A stretch of 39,347 bases of DNA from Opitutales bacterium (lineage in GTDB: Bacteria; Verrucomicrobiota; Verrucomicrobiia; Opitutales; JAFGAQ01): the NCBI GenBank assembly GCA_016933595.1, contig JAFGAQ010000180.1, positions 1 to 39,347 on the forward strand, in the 5' to 3' direction. The notes under the pieces were generated by a model that searched no databases, was not told where the DNA came from, and was given only the letters and a program-made list of their open reading frames with translations. Positions 37,416 to 39,347 of the stretch are shown one piece after another. Within the stretch, counting starts at the first letter, position 1, and every line of letters begins with the position of its first letter. The position numbers were made by a program, and so were the translations under genes.

Positions 37416-39101
37416 ATGCATCGTCCCGGCCAAGAGATCGGGCACCGCAACAGAGCCCCTCTGGTCTATATTCTTACGCCTTGGGGATCGGGATTGATTG
37501 TGTCCCACTTTGTGAGTGCCATCGGCGAATACACGTATCTGCTTCTCATTCTAGCAATCCTTTGTTCGTTCGTTTCCATTGCAGCTTCATGGATTATACA
37601 ATCCCATTCCATTAGGGATTTCGCCTGGGGTATAGTATTCATCACCGGTTCTTTCATTGGGGGTTGGATTCATGGTTCAATGCATCTCCCGGAAACCCTT
37701 CCCGAGTCATGGAACGGGTTACCGCCCCGACAGGCGCGAATGACGGTTCAGGTCAATCGGATTCGCTTCCAACCCGAATCCGACAAGGCCGGATCTTGCG
37801 CATTCACCGGGTCAATCACAGCTGCTCCAACAGTGATGTCGGACAAAACCGGCCACAAAGTCAGCGCCTTTCTTTTCAAACCTGCCGACACCTTCCCCCT
37901 ATTGAAGGGCTCACTTGTACAGGGAACTGGCGTGCTGAAATGGGGCAAATGGAGTTATTTCGCTGAAAACCCCATTCCCAACATGCCCCTGCTCGAATGG
38001 AATGCGGGAGAAGTGCTCTCGGTTGATAACAGCCGGATCCATCCCACCGAGCATCTTCGCGCAAAGGTTTTATCTGAAATCGATGACATCCTAAGCTTGA
38101 ACGCTCCGCAAAACCTGCCGCTCGACGCCTACCTCAAATCCATGGTAACAGGGAGCAAAGCCTACCTCGACAAAGCCAGCAAACAGCGCTTCCAAGCCAC
38201 GGGCTTGATGCATTTCCTCGCCATAAGCGGCTTTCACATGTCGATTCTGGTGCTCAGCCTTGTGATAGCGGGCAAGGCCATTCGATTGCCAAGTTCCTTA
38301 TCTGCATTGGCAATCATCGCCATATCTGCGGCCTATGTGTGGATTACGGGAGCGAGTCCATCTGCCCAACGGGCGTGGATCATGGTGTTATTCTACTTTG
38401 CAGCCGCAGCTTTAAAAAGGAAACCCAACCCCTATGCGGCACTTGTCGCCGCCGCATGCGTGATCCTATGGAATGATCCCCGCCAAATATCCGATCCCGG
38501 ATTTCAGCTGTCTTTCACCATCGTCGCTGGAATCATCGGATACGGAACCGCTCTGATCCGGCAACTTAACCTTCGCCTGCTACCTGACCGGTTCCTGACT
38601 GAAAAACCGACAAGCAAAGGGCTTCGGCTTCGCGCAAGTTTCCTGAGCATGTTAATTCCCCCGCTTGCCATCAGCTGGATTGCCTTCTGGATCAGCGCAC
38701 CCCTTATTGCCTTTCACTTTGGAGCGCTTCCCCTTTCCACCTTTGTCCTCAATCCCATCCTCGGATCCATGTTCGCAGTGAGCCTGATCACGGCATTTCT
38801 CTCGCTTGCACTGGGAGCGATAGGGCTCCTTGGGGTTGCCGGATTTGTCAACTACGCCGCTTGGCTCAATCTTTTTATTATCCATTTCTCAACCTCTTGG
38901 ATGGCTCCAATCTCCTGGCTTAGAATCCCGCTTCAACCAACCATATGGGGATGTCACACTGCCACACTGGGTGCCCTCACCATCCTTACCCTTATTAACC
39001 ACCATCAGCCCCGAATCCCACTCCGGACGTTCCTGATAGTTCCGGGCTGGATAATTCTGGTTCTCTCAGCAGACGCTCTCGTTAGGATTCTTTCGTACTG
39101 A
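37416..39101 (+). CDS. comEC: ComEC/Rec2 competence membrane protein
   Basis: F..TGLMHFLAISGFH, TGASPSAQRA, DPGFQLSF and many TM helices. Confidence 0.88.
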   Translation: MHRPGQEIGHRNRAPLVYILTPWGSGLIVSHFVSAIGEYTYLLLILAILCSFVSIAASWIIQSHSIRDFAWGIVFITGSFIGGWIHGSMHLPETLPESWNGLPPRQARMTVQVNRIRFQPESDKAGSCAFTGSITAAPTVMSDKTGHKVSAFLFKPADTFPLLKGSLVQGTGVLKWGKWSYFAENPIPNMPLLEWNAGEVLSVDNSRIHPTEHLRAKVLSEIDDILSLNAPQNLPLDAYLKSMVTGSKAYLDKASKQRFQATGLMHFLAISGFHMSILVLSLVIAGKAIRLPSSLSALAIIAISAAYVWITGASPSAQRAWIMVLFYFAAAALKRKPNPYAALVAAACVILWNDPRQISDPGFQLSFTIVAGIIGYGTALIRQLNLRLLPDRFLTEKPTSKGLRLRASFLSMLIPPLAISWIAFWISAPLIAFHFGALPLSTFVLNPILGSMFAVSLITAFLSLALGAIGLLGVAGFVNYAAWLNLFIIHFSTSWMAPISWLRIPLQPTIWGCHTATLGALTILTLINHHQPRIPLRTFLIVPGWIILVLSADALVRILSY

Positions 39102-39347
39102 GCCAATTGCCACTAGCTGATAACCGGAGCACCCGATAAACCACTGGATGCCGCCGTCGTTTCAGACGCAAGTCGATCGCACCTTTCACTAATCGAAGAT
39201 TGGAACTCTCATGGAAAAACTATGGAACCAAACAAAAAGCATAACCGGAAAACAAACTCGGAGTTTTTTGGTCGATGAATCCATCCCGCTATTTCGGCGG
39301 TTCATTGAGAATTCTATTGGGGTTCCACCGGACCATCGATAAAATCA

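Noticed and set aside
39102-39347. Possible gene at the right edge
   Set aside because: I found no sustained reading frame or motif that I can support within the window.

Overview
GC-rich bacterial chromosome segment. The protein styles suggest Verrucomicrobiota/PVC (inference, no database search run). Most of it is housekeeping and envelope genes: ferredoxin, proC, xth, dps, pyrC, infC, amidase, ispH, leuB, metY, thiD, comEC, rtcB and tRNA-Ser(TGA). It also carries several secreted or accessory proteins: a NodB deacetylase, a C39-like peptidase with DUF5648-type repeats, a TPR plus FG-GAP pair, BatD/BatE, a double-FecR protein and an S41 protease with an Ig-like tail. The left edge holds the 5' end of a Y1/HUH (RAYT-like) transposase that the ORF track missed. 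Four items stand out. (i) A pyrC-coupled cNMP-CBS-DUF294 nucleotidyltransferase has apparently degenerate catalytic motifs and is paired with an intact DEDDh exonuclease. (ii) An MggS-like glycosyltransferase sits with a glucosylglycerate phosphorylase, with no GpgS in the window, behind an AT-rich regulatory region. (iii) A stand-alone rtcB lies next to a tRNA 3' end with an att-like flank. (iv) The Dps has a basic C-terminal tail. I saw no CRISPR array, rRNA, intact prophage or recognisable defence island, and I cannot claim a clearly novel system from sequence alone.
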